A stretch of 64,000 nt of DNA from a bacterium (GCA_029561455.1 JAKQIY010000047.1:332-64331), one strand, 5' to 3'. Positions 11,010-20,648 are shown, counted from the stretch's first letter. Numbers and translations are program-made. Notes: generated by a model from the sequence alone, not told the origin.

Positions 11010-14000
11010 TTAAAATAATGTTAACTGATCATCCTTTTTCTTTTTATATGTTTCCGTTTTCTCCCGGTTCAGCAGGCTGGCGGATATACCAGTCAGAAAA
11101 CGCGAAGGACTTTGGCTATGATGCTGCCCGAATAACAGCCGGCTTTTACAGTGAGTGAGATACAACTGCCGCTGTGCCCGCGTCATACCGACATACAGCA
11201 GCCTTTTTTCTTCCTCGATATCGGCAAGGCGGCCGGGCTGGCGATAAGGAATGATGGTTTCTTCGCAACCGGGTATAAACACCACCGGAAATTCGAGTCC
11301 CTTGGCGGCATGCAGGGTTAAAATATGCACTTTATCGGCGCGGTTGTCGAATTCATCGCTGGCGGCATGCAAAGCCAGGGCGTCGGTGAATTCCATCAGC
11401 CGATCGGCAAACGGCGCCGCCAGTTCCAGTAATTTACGTTTATCCTGCCGGTCGTCTTCAAGGTTGCCGGGAAAAAGCATAACCGTGAATTCCCAAATTT
11501 TTTCCAGATATTCGCAAACCGGCAAACCGGTTGGCAGGGATAGCAATATTGTCTGAAATACCTGGAATACCGGGTGGGGTTGTGGTTGTACAGCCGTTGT
11601 ATCTGTGTTTGTTTGAGTAAAACAAAGCGCCAATTCCCGGTATTGTATTGATTCTGCAAACGGATTTAGCATCCATCGTAAGGAAGCGGCAATAAACGCC
11701 ATACGCTCCTGGGCGGTGAGCCGGGAGTCGTCAAATGTTTCGAACGGAATGCCGGAGCGGGCAAGCGCTTCGACCAGGGGCGGAGCGAGACTGCGGGTGC
11801 GCAGCAGCACGGCTATATCGGCAAAGCTGTATGATTGCGGCAATCCGCGTTCGTCAACGCGATTGCTGTCCATTGAAAAAAAACTGACGCCGCCGATCAA
11901 CTGTTCGATAGTGTGAACGATATATTCCGCTTCGGCGCGGTCGGTTGGCGAGTTATGCAGGTTAACTTTGACCTCGGGAGCGATATTCGACCAGACCGCA
12001 TCAGCATCATTCCGTCCCGGACTATCCAGAATCTGCCGGGCTGCCAGAACAATATTTTGCGCCGAACGGTAATTACGGCGCAGTTTCATGGCAACGGCAT
12101 TGGGGAAATCGTTGGCGAACCGGTCAAAGTACTCCGGGCTGGCGCCCCTAAAGCCGTAAATCGCCTGATCCGGGTCGCCGATGACGCAGACATCCTGCGC
12201 TGCTACCGCCAGAATAACAAATAATTCATACTGAACGCGGTTAATATCCTGAAATTCATCCACCGCCAAAAATTGAGCGTTTTGCAACACCCGACGGCGC
12301 TGTTCGGGATCCTTACGTAACACCTGTAATGCCAGGCCGATCAGGTCGTCGTAATCCACACTGTTTGTATCTCTTAACAGCTGTTCATAGTTTTTATACA
12401 GAGTTTCAAATTGCTCCGGCAGGGTTTCTTTTATTTCTTTGGGAATGCCCTCCGGGTAATAGCCCTGACTTTTAAGCGCGGAAATAGTGTCCAGGGCGGA
12501 TTGAGTCAGCTTGAGGTTATAGTGCTCCTGAAATAATCTTTTGAAATAGGGGTCGTCAGTTGTATTTATAATTGTAAAATGCCTGGTGCGGCCAAAAAAG
12601 AAATCGGTTTGGCGTAGTATGTTGGCGCCCAGGGCGTGAAAGGTGGCGATATTGATTTGACCGGCGAGCTTTGCTCCAAGTTGGGCGAATAACCGGTCGC
12701 GCATTTCGCGGGCAGCTTTGTTGGTAAATGTAACTGCCAATACCTGTTGCGGTTGCGCCAGCCCGGAGGCGATCAATCCGGCAATACGTTGTGTGAGCGT
12801 GCGGGTTTTACCGGCGCCGGGTCCCGCCTGAATGATGAGCGGCGCGCCGTGATGCTGCACGGCGGCGAGTTGTTCAGCGTTCAGGCCATAATCAGCAGTT
12901 TTTTCTTGAACCATATTCACGACTACGCCGGCGGCAGGCTCCGCAACCGGCAGGGCCGTGTTATTTTTTTTAGCCGGTTTGGGGTTAACGGTGATACTCT
13001 CAAAGCCGAATAATTGTCCCTGCTGCAACAGGGTTTTGCGCTCATCCTCTTGAAAAATGTGAATAACGCCGTATTCGCCGTCATATCCCGGTATGGGCGA
13101 AACCTCGCCGGCCCGCATTCTGCGGATAGCTTCGGCCAGCAGCGAGCCCCCGGCGCTTTCCAGGTCGGACAGCGGCGTATCCATCAGGATCGTCAACTCC
13201 GGCCCCAACTCGCGCAACAGCATGGTGTACATGGTTTGTACGCTTTTCGAATTGGCGCCACTGGACTTGACTTCAGCGATCACTTCGGGTAAAGGAACAA
13301 GACTGGCAAAGTTTTTGGCATTGGCGGGTTTACCGCCTTCGGAACGATTGGCCAGTTCTTCCACACGGTAACTAACGCCCAGGGTAGAAGGCTTGCCGCA
13401 CACCGGGCACAGGCCTTTGTTTTGCATGGTCTCTTTGGGCAGGGTCATATAGCCGCACTTGCGATGCCCGTCGACATGGTACTTGCCTTCTTCGGGGAAA
13501 AATTCTATCGTGCCCCAAAAGTCGCTGCCGGTACGGTTTTTCAGGGCGGCGATCATGGCGTCGTAACCGATTTCGGTGTTAAACACATTCGCTTCGCGCG
13601 CCAGTTTGGCCGGGGAATGGGCGTCCGAGTTGGACACCAGGTTGTATTGATCGAGTATCGAGAGCCGCCAGTTCATAGGCGGATCGGAAGACAGCCCGGT
13701 TTCCAGGGCAAAAATGTGCTCCGACAGGTCGCCATAGCATTCCTGCACGCTGTCAAAACCGGATTTAGAGCCCAGTAACGAGAACCAGGGCGTCCAGATA
13801 TGCGCGGGAATGAGCACGGCGCGGGGATCGGAATCCAGTACCATTTCCAGCAGATCGCGGGAATCGAGTCCCAGTATCGGCCGGCCGTCGGAGCGGATAT
13901 TGCCGATACGTTCCAGCATTTGCTGGAATATGGCAACGGATTCGAGTGACGGGAACAGCACCACATTATGGACTTTGCGCACCTTGCCGTCTTTTTTATA

Positions 14001-14294
14001 GATATTGCTGATCTCGCCGGAGAGGATATAATAGACATCATTGGCGCAGGCGGTCGGAATTTCCCGCCGCATCGGCCCGGCATGGGTTTCTTTAAGCGTG
14101 TACAATCCCCCGGCGGCGCTTTCCTGTAATTTTTCCCGCATTTCTTCCAGCCAACGGGGATGGGTCAGGTCGCCGGTCGCCACAACCTGTAAGCCTTTGA
14201 GCTGCGCCCACTTGAACAGGTGTTCCAGGTTCAGGTCGGGACTGGTGGCGCGGGAGTAATGCGAATGAATGTGCAGATCGGCAATATAGCGCAT
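11010..14294 (-). CDS. Endonuclease Q-family PHP/Zn-finger domain fused to a UvrD/PcrA-type SF1 helicase
   Basis: N-terminal DLHIHSHYS, AHIWTPWFS, SDAHS and GKYH..GHRKC...CPVCGK. C-terminal Walker A GPGAGKT, TFTNKAA, VDEFQD, GDPDQAIYGFRGA, HAAKGLEF and EEKRLLYVGMTRA. Confidence 0.9.
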   Translation of the reverse strand: MRYIADLHIHSHYSRATSPDLNLEHLFKWAQLKGLQVVATGDLTHPRWLEEMREKLQESAAGGLYTLKETHAGPMRREIPTACANDVYYILSGEISNIYKKDGKVRKVHNVVLFPSLESVAIFQQMLERIGNIRSDGRPILGLDSRDLLEMVLDSDPRAVLIPAHIWTPWFSLLGSKSGFDSVQECYGDLSEHIFALETGLSSDPPMNWRLSILDQYNLVSNSDAHSPAKLAREANVFNTEIGYDAMIAALKNRTGSDFWGTIEFFPEEGKYHVDGHRKCGYMTLPKETMQNKGLCPVCGKPSTLGVSYRVEELANRSEGGKPANAKNFASLVPLPEVIAEVKSSGANSKSVQTMYTMLLRELGPELTILMDTPLSDLESAGGSLLAEAIRRMRAGEVSPIPGYDGEYGVIHIFQEDERKTLLQQGQLFGFESITVNPKPAKKNNTALPVAEPAAGVVVNMVQEKTADYGLNAEQLAAVQHHGAPLIIQAGPGAGKTRTLTQRIAGLIASGLAQPQQVLAVTFTNKAAREMRDRLFAQLGAKLAGQINIATFHALGANILRQTDFFFGRTRHFTIINTTDDPYFKRLFQEHYNLKLTQSALDTISALKSQGYYPEGIPKEIKETLPEQFETLYKNYEQLLRDTNSVDYDDLIGLALQVLRKDPEQRRRVLQNAQFLAVDEFQDINRVQYELFVILAVAAQDVCVIGDPDQAIYGFRGASPEYFDRFANDFPNAVAMKLRRNYRSAQNIVLAARQILDSPGRNDADAVWSNIAPEVKVNLHNSPTDRAEAEYIVHTIEQLIGGVSFFSMDSNRVDERGLPQSYSFADIAVLLRTRSLAPPLVEALARSGIPFETFDDSRLTAQERMAFIAASLRWMLNPFAESIQYRELALCFTQTNTDTTAVQPQPHPVFQVFQTILLSLPTGLPVCEYLEKIWEFTVMLFPGNLEDDRQDKRKLLELAAPFADRLMEFTDALALHAASDEFDNRADKVHILTLHAAKGLEFPVVFIPGCEETIIPYRQPGRLADIEEEKRLLYVGMTRAQRQLYLTHCKSRLLFGQHHSQSPSRFLTGISASLLNREKTETYKKKKDDQLTLF

Positions 14295-14584
14295 GATGCT
14301 CTTTGTTTTTTAGGGGATAAGATGAGTTAATTGCTTTAATATACTAGAAATCGTTGAGCATTCAAAATTGAAAAATTCTTGTGTGGAAAAGAGGGACTGT
14401 AATGTGTAGACATGATATTGGATTGAAGAGCGCCCTGTTGCAGGTTAATTTGATAGTAGAACATGCCAATTTAGACTGTAGCATTTATATAGTCAATTAT
14501 TATAAAGAATAGCTTGTTTTTCAGCAAGGCGCACTCGGTCATTATTTTGGGTTGCGACAGGTAAAGCCCGGAAACAGGGTGAAT

Positions 14585-16120
14585 CTATACGAACGCGCCG
14601 GAAAAATAATTTTTTCGTAGGGCGAAGCGAACACAGCCGTCATCTCGATACGTTCTGAAAGATGAAGCAACGGGACTACTCAATGTCTATTATGCGTTTG
14701 TCATTCCAACGAGCGCAACAAGGAGAAAACATTAAGCTCATTGCCACGTCATTTATGACGTGGATTATAAAAACTAAACAAAATTGACTTTAGTCAAATA
14801 CTTGTTTAGGCTAAAGCCCTGTTTTTCCTTTATTTGTCCCACGACCTGAAGGTCGTGGCAATGATTGGGGCTTATTCACAAACCGGTCATCGAGTAGTCC
14901 GTCCCGCTTGGCGGGACGGACGTATCGAGACGACATTTCCTGGTCAGTATGCAACAAAATGGAGCCCCCCTCGTCGCACATACGGCACAAGCCTGGACAA
15001 GTTCGGAGTCAGAGTCTTGCCTTTATAGCAGTCCTGTGCCCCAGGTGGACCGCACTGATATTCTGCCGGGCCGCAGGCCCGACCTACAGAATAAACCCCG
15101 TCAGGAGTGTAATGCTATACGAACGCATCGGAAAAACAATTTTTTCGTGGGGCGAAGCGAACACAACCGTCATCTCGATACGTTCTGAAAGATGAAGCAA
15201 CGGGACTACTCAATGACTATTATGCGTTTGTCATTCCAACGAGCGCAACAAGGAGAAAACATTAAGCTCATTGCCACGTCATTTATGACGTGGATTATAA
15301 AAACTAAACAAAATTGACTTTAGTCAAATACTTGTTTAGGCTAAAGTCCTGTTTTTCCTTTATTTGTCCCACGATCTGAAGGTCGTGGCAATGATAGGGG
15401 CTTATTCACAAACCAGTCGTCGAGTAGTTCGTCCCGCTTGGCGGGACGGACGTATCGAGACGACATTTCCTGGTCAGTATGCAATAAAGTGTAGCCCACC
15501 TCGTCGCACATACTGCAAAAGTTTGATCAGGTTCGAATTCCTAGAATTTTCTTTATAGCAGACTCGTACCCCAGGTGGACCACACTGATATTCTGCCGGG
15601 CCGCAGGCCCGACCTACAGAATATACCCCGTCAGGGGTGTAATGCTATACGAACGCGCCGGAAAAATAATTTTTTCGTAGGGCGAAACGAACATAACCGT
15701 CATCTCGATACGTCCCGAAAGATAAAGCAACGGGACTACTCGATGACCATTATGCGCTTGTCATTCCAACGAGCGCAACAAGGAGAAAACATTAAGTTCA
15801 TTGCCACGTCATTTATGACGTGGATTATAAAAACTAAACAAAATTGACTTTAGTCAAATACTTGTTTAGGCTAAAGCCCTGTTTTTCCTTTATTTGTCCC
15901 ACGACCTGAAGGTCGTGGCAATGATAGGGGCTTATTCACAAACCGGTCGTCGAGTAGTCCATCCCGCTTGGCGGGACGGACGTATCGAGACGACATTTCC
16001 TGGTCAGTATGCAACAAAGTGGAGCCCCCCTCGTCGCACATCCAGCACAAGCCCGGTCAGGTTCGGAGTCATAGGGTTGTCTTTATGGCAGACTCATGCC
16101 CCAGGTGGACCACACTGAAA
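14585..16120. repeat. Tandem array of three ~530 bp units built from nested palindromic REP-like elements
   Basis: CTATACGAACG recurs at 14585, 15115 and 15645 (exact period 530). The third unit diverges after ~16120. Confidence 0.95.
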
Positions 16121-16197
16121 CCTGCTGAGCTGCAAAACCGGCTAAAGCCGGGACTACAAACATGGCCGAAAGATGATGTTTACAATCCGAATAATGC

Positions 16198-16974
16198 TTA
16201 TATCTTGAATTTCAGGATCACCGGACAATGGTCGGAACCATATACGGCGGGTGTAATATAGCAGTCCGTTACCTGCGGCGCAAGTTCTGCGGACACAAAA
16301 AAATAGTCGATCCGCCAGCCGACATTTTTTGCGCGGGCGTTGGCCCAGTATGCCCACCAGGTATACTGCGCCGCTTCATCCGGATGAAAAAGCCGAAAAG
16401 CATCCACATACCCGTGGGCAATGAATTTATCGATCCAGGCGCGTTCTATAGGCAAAAAACCGGACTGATCGGCGTTGCTTTTGGGATTTTTCAGGTCGAT
16501 CTCGCGGTGGGCGGTATTGTAATCCCCGCAAATAACCAGCTTTTTGCCCTGACTGCGCAGGATTTGGCAATAATTTAGCGTGGCGTCGTAAAAAGCCAGT
16601 TTATAATCCAGCCGCTCCTGGCTTTGCTTACCGTTCGGGAAATAGATATTCAATAAAGTGAACTCTGGATAATCGAGCGCCAGGATCCGGCCTTCGGCGT
16701 CTTTGTTGTCCGCGCCAAACCCATAGCCGATGGTCACCGGCGGGGTTTTGACAAAACAGGCGACTCCGGAATATCCCGGTTTTTGCGCCTCGTTCCAATA
16801 AGAAGAATAGCCGTTTGCCAAATGTAACTCATCCCGTACCTGTTCATAATTTGCTTTGGTCTCCTGCAATGCTGCAATGTCCAGTATTTCCGTCGCCAGC
16901 CAATCGAAAAAGCCTTTTTTTACCACCGCGCGAAAACCGTTCACATTCCATGTCGCCAGTTTAATTTCGGGCAT
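16198..16974 (-). CDS. xth: Exodeoxyribonuclease III / AP endonuclease
   Basis: WNVNG, LQETK, GYSGVA, YFPNG, GDYNTAH, GWRIDY and GSDHCP motifs. Confidence 0.95.
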   Translation of the reverse strand: MPEIKLATWNVNGFRAVVKKGFFDWLATEILDIAALQETKANYEQVRDELHLANGYSSYWNEAQKPGYSGVACFVKTPPVTIGYGFGADNKDAEGRILALDYPEFTLLNIYFPNGKQSQERLDYKLAFYDATLNYCQILRSQGKKLVICGDYNTAHREIDLKNPKSNADQSGFLPIERAWIDKFIAHGYVDAFRLFHPDEAAQYTWWAYWANARAKNVGWRIDYFFVSAELAPQVTDCYITPAVYGSDHCPVILKFKI

Positions 16975-17027
16975 GATACCGTTTCCTTGTGTTCGACAAA
17001 ATAATTTCCGTGATATAAAAAAACTAC

Positions 17028-17056
17028 TTGAATGTACAACAGTTTTACGATATATT
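17028..17056 (+). promoter_or_regulatory. Putative sigma-70 promoter
   Basis: TTGAAT-17 bp-TATATT upstream of the 17108 gene. Confidence 0.45.
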
Positions 17057-17107
17057 TCTACAATTAAATTTTGTTCAGTAAAAATCCCGATTAAATTGAT
17101 ACCAGGA

Positions 17108-17716
17108 ATGAAAGATCTTTTAAACTACAGGAACACTTGTATTTTCATGCTTATACTTGTTTGCGGCGTCTCGTGCAAATCTCCCTTTGCCACCCGCGAG
17201 CCGGAAAAGCCGTTTTCAAAGCAATCTTCCTACATCCAACCGACGTCGCCGAGTTATGTCATGGCCAATCTTCGTAACGCCATCGCCGAAAAAAACACCG
17301 CCAATTATATACGCTGCCTGGCCGATACCAGTAATTCCACAAAAAGTTTTCGCTTTATAGCCGACCCGATCGTTGTGAACAATAATCCCGGCCTGTTTGA
17401 CAAGTGGGATAAAGACAACGAGTTCATATATTTAAACCAGTTAATGCTTTACCTGCCCAAAGACTCTACCAGCGTCCTGACATTTACTTCTTACCGCGAA
17501 GATACTTTTCAGGACTCGGTGATTTTAATACAGGAATATCAATTAACCGTGCATTTGAAATGCGCAACCGATGAGTGTTATCATACCCTGGTCGGGCAGG
17601 CGGAATTCCGCCTGGTGCGCACCCGGGAAGACCTGTGGTACATTCACCGTTGGAGCGATATAGCCACAGGTGACCAGCCTACCTGGAGTGCGCTTAAAGC
17701 TGCTTTTGGCAAATAA
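17108..17716 (+). CDS. Hypothetical lipoprotein (related to the 33299 protein)
   Basis: ATG at 17108; hydrophobic stretch ending in lipobox-like GVSC, followed by KSPFA. The longer ORF call from 16856 overlaps xth and is unlikely. Confidence 0.7.
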   Translation: MKDLLNYRNTCIFMLILVCGVSCKSPFATREPEKPFSKQSSYIQPTSPSYVMANLRNAIAEKNTANYIRCLADTSNSTKSFRFIADPIVVNNNPGLFDKWDKDNEFIYLNQLMLYLPKDSTSVLTFTSYREDTFQDSVILIQEYQLTVHLKCATDECYHTLVGQAEFRLVRTREDLWYIHRWSDIATGDQPTWSALKAAFGK

Positions 17717-17724
17717 CAAGACTT

Positions 17725-18831
17725 ATGAAACGAATTATACATCACGAAAATTTTCAAACTACTGAACCGGCGTTCAGTGATAAAGATAAAAAGATAATTG
17801 CCTGGCTGACAATTTCCGCTGTGATTTTGTCTGTTGTCCGGTTCCTGGTTTTGCCGGTTATGTTGCGGCCGGAAAAGCCGGTCGAGCTTAAACCTGAAGA
17901 AAAGCAGGTCTTGATGGATTGTATGCAATCGACCCTGGCTGAATTTTATATTGATAAAAAATGGCAAAAGAACCAGGGTGAATATATTGAAGTGCAAATC
18001 CCACGACGCATGAATTTTTTATTATTCTATTCGGCGCTGGCTAAAAATATGCAGGCGGCGCCGGAGGGGTTTGCCGGATGTGAGGAGAAAACCGGCAAAA
18101 GCTATATGATCACAATGGGCATGAAGGAAATACCGGTTTATAAATTCTGGTTAAAACCCCGCGAAGCGGTTGGTTGTGTGGCGTTGATCATTGATGATTT
18201 CGGGTATGTTTACAGCAAAGTGGCCCGCGATTTTTTACGCATTCCTTATCCATTAACAGTATCAATAATACCGGGTTTGCCGGAATCGCAGCGACTGGCC
18301 CAGGAAGCGTCGTTGTCCGCTAAAGAAACGCTAATCCACATGCCAATGGAGCCGTTACAAGCCGCCTGGCGCGAAGATGGATATATCCTCGCATCCGCTC
18401 ACAACAACAGCATCCTGCGTATGCGCATTAAAAAGGCCTTTTCCGAAATCCCCACTGCAGTAGGGATGAATAATCATCAGGGATCAAAAGCGACCATCGA
18501 TCCCCGCATTATGCAGGTGGTTATGAGTGAATTAAAGGAGCAGAATAAATTTTTTGTGGATAGTTTCACCAATAACAAAAGCATCGCTGCCGCCACCGCC
18601 CGGCAAAATCGGGTACCGGCAATAACCAACACCCTGTTTATCGACGCCAGGGATGAAAAACAATTCATGCTCGACCAGTTACAGCGGATTTCCGGGCTGT
18701 CCGCCAAAGGAGAAAATGTTGTCGCTATTGCCCATGTTCGTAAAAACACTTTTACCGTATTGAATGCAATGCTGCCGGAATTGGCTAATAAAGGGATCGA
18801 ATTTGTTTATGTGTCTGAATTGGTGAAATGA
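17725..18831 (+). CDS. Divergent polysaccharide deacetylase family protein (YibQ-like) with N-terminal membrane anchor
   Basis: ALIIDDFG, HMPMEP, GMNNHQGSKAT, FFVDS and AIAH motifs. Confidence 0.88.
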   Translation: MKRIIHHENFQTTEPAFSDKDKKIIAWLTISAVILSVVRFLVLPVMLRPEKPVELKPEEKQVLMDCMQSTLAEFYIDKKWQKNQGEYIEVQIPRRMNFLLFYSALAKNMQAAPEGFAGCEEKTGKSYMITMGMKEIPVYKFWLKPREAVGCVALIIDDFGYVYSKVARDFLRIPYPLTVSIIPGLPESQRLAQEASLSAKETLIHMPMEPLQAAWREDGYILASAHNNSILRMRIKKAFSEIPTAVGMNNHQGSKATIDPRIMQVVMSELKEQNKFFVDSFTNNKSIAAATARQNRVPAITNTLFIDARDEKQFMLDQLQRISGLSAKGENVVAIAHVRKNTFTVLNAMLPELANKGIEFVYVSELVK

Positions 18832-19051
18832 ACCGCAGGTATTATAATTTCTATTAAGGGACAGGTTCATGCAAAAATAAAATATTAGCATACCTGTAAA
18901 ACAATTGCAGGTGTAATTCTTATAAAACTCTACAACTGATCCCGGATTTTATGTTTACCATTGAGAGGCGCGATCCACTGATAAAAAGCAGATTGAATAA
19001 AGATAGTTTCATCCGGGTTATATGATATTAACAAATAAGAAAGGGTAATCC

Positions 19052-19762
19052 ATGGCACGGGTTTGTTTATGCGTAAACCAAATTGCTCATATCCGCAATA
19101 TGAATAAAGCCAAAACCCCGGACCCGGTTTCTGCGGCGGTAGCCGCCGAAATCGCCGGTATAGACGGCATCACAGTGCAACTGCGCGAAGACCGGATGGA
19201 CATCATCGACCGGGATGTCGCGGTCTTGAAAGAAGTTGTGCAAAGCCATCTCAACATCGCTGTTGCAATGAATGATGATATGATTAAAAAAGTGGTCACC
19301 TGGCTGCCGGATATGGTAACATTATTGCCCGCCGCAAATGAAATGTCGATGGATCAATCCCTGGATGTTGTAACCAACCTTGAATATCTTGAAGAAGTTG
19401 TTACCCAATTGCGGGCTAACAATATTGTCGTCAGCGCGCTGATCAAACCCGATCCTCAGCAAATCCGCGCTGCCGCGCGCGTCCGGCTCGATTATGTGCA
19501 AATCAACACCGCGCCGCTTGCTACTATCGGCGACCTTGGCACAATGGGGGATATGGTCGAGCAAATCCGTTCCGTAGCCATCGCCGCCAACAAGCTGGGG
19601 CTAGGCGTGGCCGCCGGCAGGGGACTGAATGAGCAAGCGTTAAAAGAATTATCCGATATTCCCTTGATCGAAGAATTCAATATCGGTCGGTCGATAATAG
19701 CCAAATCTTTGCTGGTCGGTATGGAACGCGCCGTCAAACAGTTCAAATTCATGCTTGCCTGA
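19052..19762 (+). CDS. Pyridoxine 5'-phosphate synthase (PdxJ)-like protein with substituted catalytic residues
   Basis: PdxJ framework (PDPVSAA, GIDGITVxLREDR, AGxGL, EFNIGxSII) is present, but the conserved His/Glu residues are replaced. Confidence 0.8.
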   Translation: MARVCLCVNQIAHIRNMNKAKTPDPVSAAVAAEIAGIDGITVQLREDRMDIIDRDVAVLKEVVQSHLNIAVAMNDDMIKKVVTWLPDMVTLLPAANEMSMDQSLDVVTNLEYLEEVVTQLRANNIVVSALIKPDPQQIRAAARVRLDYVQINTAPLATIGDLGTMGDMVEQIRSVAIAANKLGLGVAAGRGLNEQALKELSDIPLIEEFNIGRSIIAKSLLVGMERAVKQFKFMLA

Positions 19763-19779
19763 CCGGGCCGGGATCTTGA

Positions 19780-20427
19780 TTGTTCAAAGCAATATTGTTT
19801 GATTTTGACGGAGTGCTGGCGGAAACCTTCCCCTGGCATATACAAGCCTGGCGGCACGTTTTGCTGCACGACAACCTGACGCCGGATGAAATGACAGTAA
19901 AATTGCACGAAGGCTCGCCGGCCTGGCAGATCGCAGTGGCCTTGTATCGCCATGCCGGGGTAGAACTTGATGCACACAAAGCCAAAGAACTGGCTATAAA
20001 AAAGAACCATGTATTTCAAAAAATTCAGCAAGCGCGGGTTTACCCGGAAATTATTGAAATTTTAGACAAAGCTCATTCCGTCAACATGAGCGCCGGCATT
20101 GTTACCGGCACGACCTTGGCCAATATTACCACGGTTTTACCGCTGGGTTTACCGGAAAAGTTTGCCATAATCATCAAAGATGGCGATACCGAACGCGGTA
20201 AACCCTTTCCCGATCCCTACCTGGCGGCTATTGAGCAATTACGCATTTCCCCGGCTGAATGTATTGTTGTCGAAAATGCTCCGCTCGGCATACGGGCAGC
20301 TCAAGCCGCCGGCGCATTTTGTGTCGCCCTGCAAACCACCTTGAACAGGGAACAATTACAGGGCGCAGACGTTATATATTCAAATCACCGGGAACTGGCC
20401 AAGGCTTTTTTTACATTGATAAAGTAG
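19780..20427 (+). CDS. HAD-superfamily phosphatase (beta-phosphoglucomutase-like)
   Basis: FDFDGVL, GKPFPDPY and VVENAPLGI motifs. Confidence 0.88.
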   Translation: MFKAILFDFDGVLAETFPWHIQAWRHVLLHDNLTPDEMTVKLHEGSPAWQIAVALYRHAGVELDAHKAKELAIKKNHVFQKIQQARVYPEIIEILDKAHSVNMSAGIVTGTTLANITTVLPLGLPEKFAIIIKDGDTERGKPFPDPYLAAIEQLRISPAECIVVENAPLGIRAAQAAGAFCVALQTTLNREQLQGADVIYSNHRELAKAFFTLIK

Positions 20428-20448
20428 CAGGTTGCCTGGAAAAAAATC

Positions 20449-20477
20449 TTGATTATTCATGCAACATTGTGTAAATT
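20449..20477 (+). promoter_or_regulatory. Putative sigma-70 promoter
   Basis: TTGATT-17 bp-TAAATT, with TG upstream of the -10 (extended -10-like). Confidence 0.5.
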
Positions 20478-20484
20478 CATTATC

Positions 20485-20648
20485 TAAATTATCAGGAGGT
20501 TGTCAGACCAGGTTGTTACAGCGCTTGAATTATGCAAAAATAAATGGTTTTTGGTGCAATTAAAACAACTGTTTTTTAAGCGAAAAGCGGAGGTCTGGTA
20601 ACTACAACTCTATAACCGGGTACAGTATAACACAGGCTCGGTTTTTTT
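20485..20648 (+). ncRNA. Candidate structured RNA or leader (family not recognised)
   Basis: Long-range pairing of GTTGTCAGACC (20499-20509) with GGTCTGGTAAC (20592-20602) and of CGCTTGAA with TTTAAGCG; it ends in a weak hairpin plus T7. Confidence 0.3.

Noticed and set aside
14428..14536. Imperfect long inverted repeat GAGCGCCCTGTTG...CAGCAAGGCGCACTC upstream of the array
   Set aside because: Pairing is weak and it occurs once; cannot be distinguished from chance or a decayed REP.
14585..16120. CRISPR interpretation of the tandem array
   Set aside because: The period is 530 bp, the variable segments are homologous to each other rather than unique spacers, and no cas genes are present.
14834..16261. 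Short ORFs repeated in the array (e.g. MSHDLKVVAMIG..., MAGRTYRDD...)
   Set aside because: They recur only because the DNA is repeated, run through palindromes, have weak starts and inconsistent stops; not called as genes.
16856..17107. Extended N-terminus of the 16856-17716 ORF
   Set aside because: Overlaps xth and a promoter-like sequence; the signal peptide implies a start at or after 17108.
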